Source: Macrostomum lignano
Lineage: Eukaryota
Length of the DNA stretch: 64,000 bases
Direction of reading: 5' to 3'
Assembly: GCA_002269645.1 (NCBI GenBank)
Contig: NIVC01001405.1
Span: forward strand, 124,001-188,000
Part shown: piece by piece, positions 63,500 to 64,000 of the stretch
Numbering within the stretch: position 1 is the stretch's first letter
Layout of the letters: each line of letters opens with the position of its first letter
Notes under the pieces: generated by a model
Database searches by the model: none
What the model was told of the DNA's origin: nothing
Seen by the model: only the letters and a program-made list of their open reading frames with translations
Made by a program: the position numbers and the translations under genes

Positions 63500-64000
63500 C
63501 GTACAGAACTGTATTAGAGTGACACAACTGTATTGGAGTGACACAAGTGTATTGGAGTGACACAAGTGTATTGGAGTGCCACAACTGTATTGGAGTGACA
63601 CAAGTGTATTGGAGTGACACAAATGTATTGGAGTGACACAACTGTATTGGAGTGACACAAGTGTATTGGAGTGACACAAGTGTGTATTTGGGTGACACAA
63701 ATGTATTGGAGTGACACAAGTGTATTGGAGTGACACAAATGTATTGGAGTGACACAAGTGTATTGGAGTGACACAAATGTATCGGAGTGACACAAATGTA
63801 TTGGAGTGACACAAGTGTATTGAAGTGACACAACTGTGTATTGAAGTGACACAAACTGTGCATTAGAGTGACACAAATGTATTGGAGTGACACAACTGTA
63901 TTGAAGTGACACAACTGTATTGGAGTGACACAAGTGTATTGGAGTGACACAAGTGTATTGGAGTGACACAAGTGTATTGGAGTGACACAACTATTTTAGA
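63500..64000. repeat. 19-bp minisatellite (TATTGGAGTGACACAAGTG)n, truncated by the window end
   Basis: Direct reading. Confidence 0.95.

Overview
Eukaryotic (animal) genomic DNA with GC-rich exons, canonical GT-AG introns and most introns over about 400 bp carrying tandem-repeat arrays. The style resembles a free-living flatworm such as Macrostomum, which is an inference only. Exon chains were rebuilt by hand from splice sites and phase. Minus strand: a DGAT2/MOGAT acyltransferase with a long repetitive N-terminal extension (7544-9959), a PHTF-family gene (13475 to at least 28267, with a 7.1-kb intron that is one 16-bp array), Pur-alpha (32588-34792) and the terminal exon of an unidentified gene (63012-63340). 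Plus strand: a GT32 glycosyltransferase (about 47374-49555) and a RASSF1/3/5-type RA+SARAH gene (51556-61570). Mobile DNA: two hAT-type MITEs with 8-bp TSDs, a 2-kb TIR element, a decayed DD34D mariner beside a Crypton-like remnant, a decayed RTE-type LINE and two tRNA-derived SINEs. The most interesting signals are (i) complementary (TCTG)n/(CAGA)n arrays bracketing a frame-preserving RA-domain exon pair of RASSF, (ii) minisatellites anchored on splice donors, (iii) unrecognised extra N-terminal exons on PHTF and a repeat extension on MOGAT. No CRISPR, rRNA or intact tRNA genes were seen. The very long ORFs in the ORF track are repeat artefacts.
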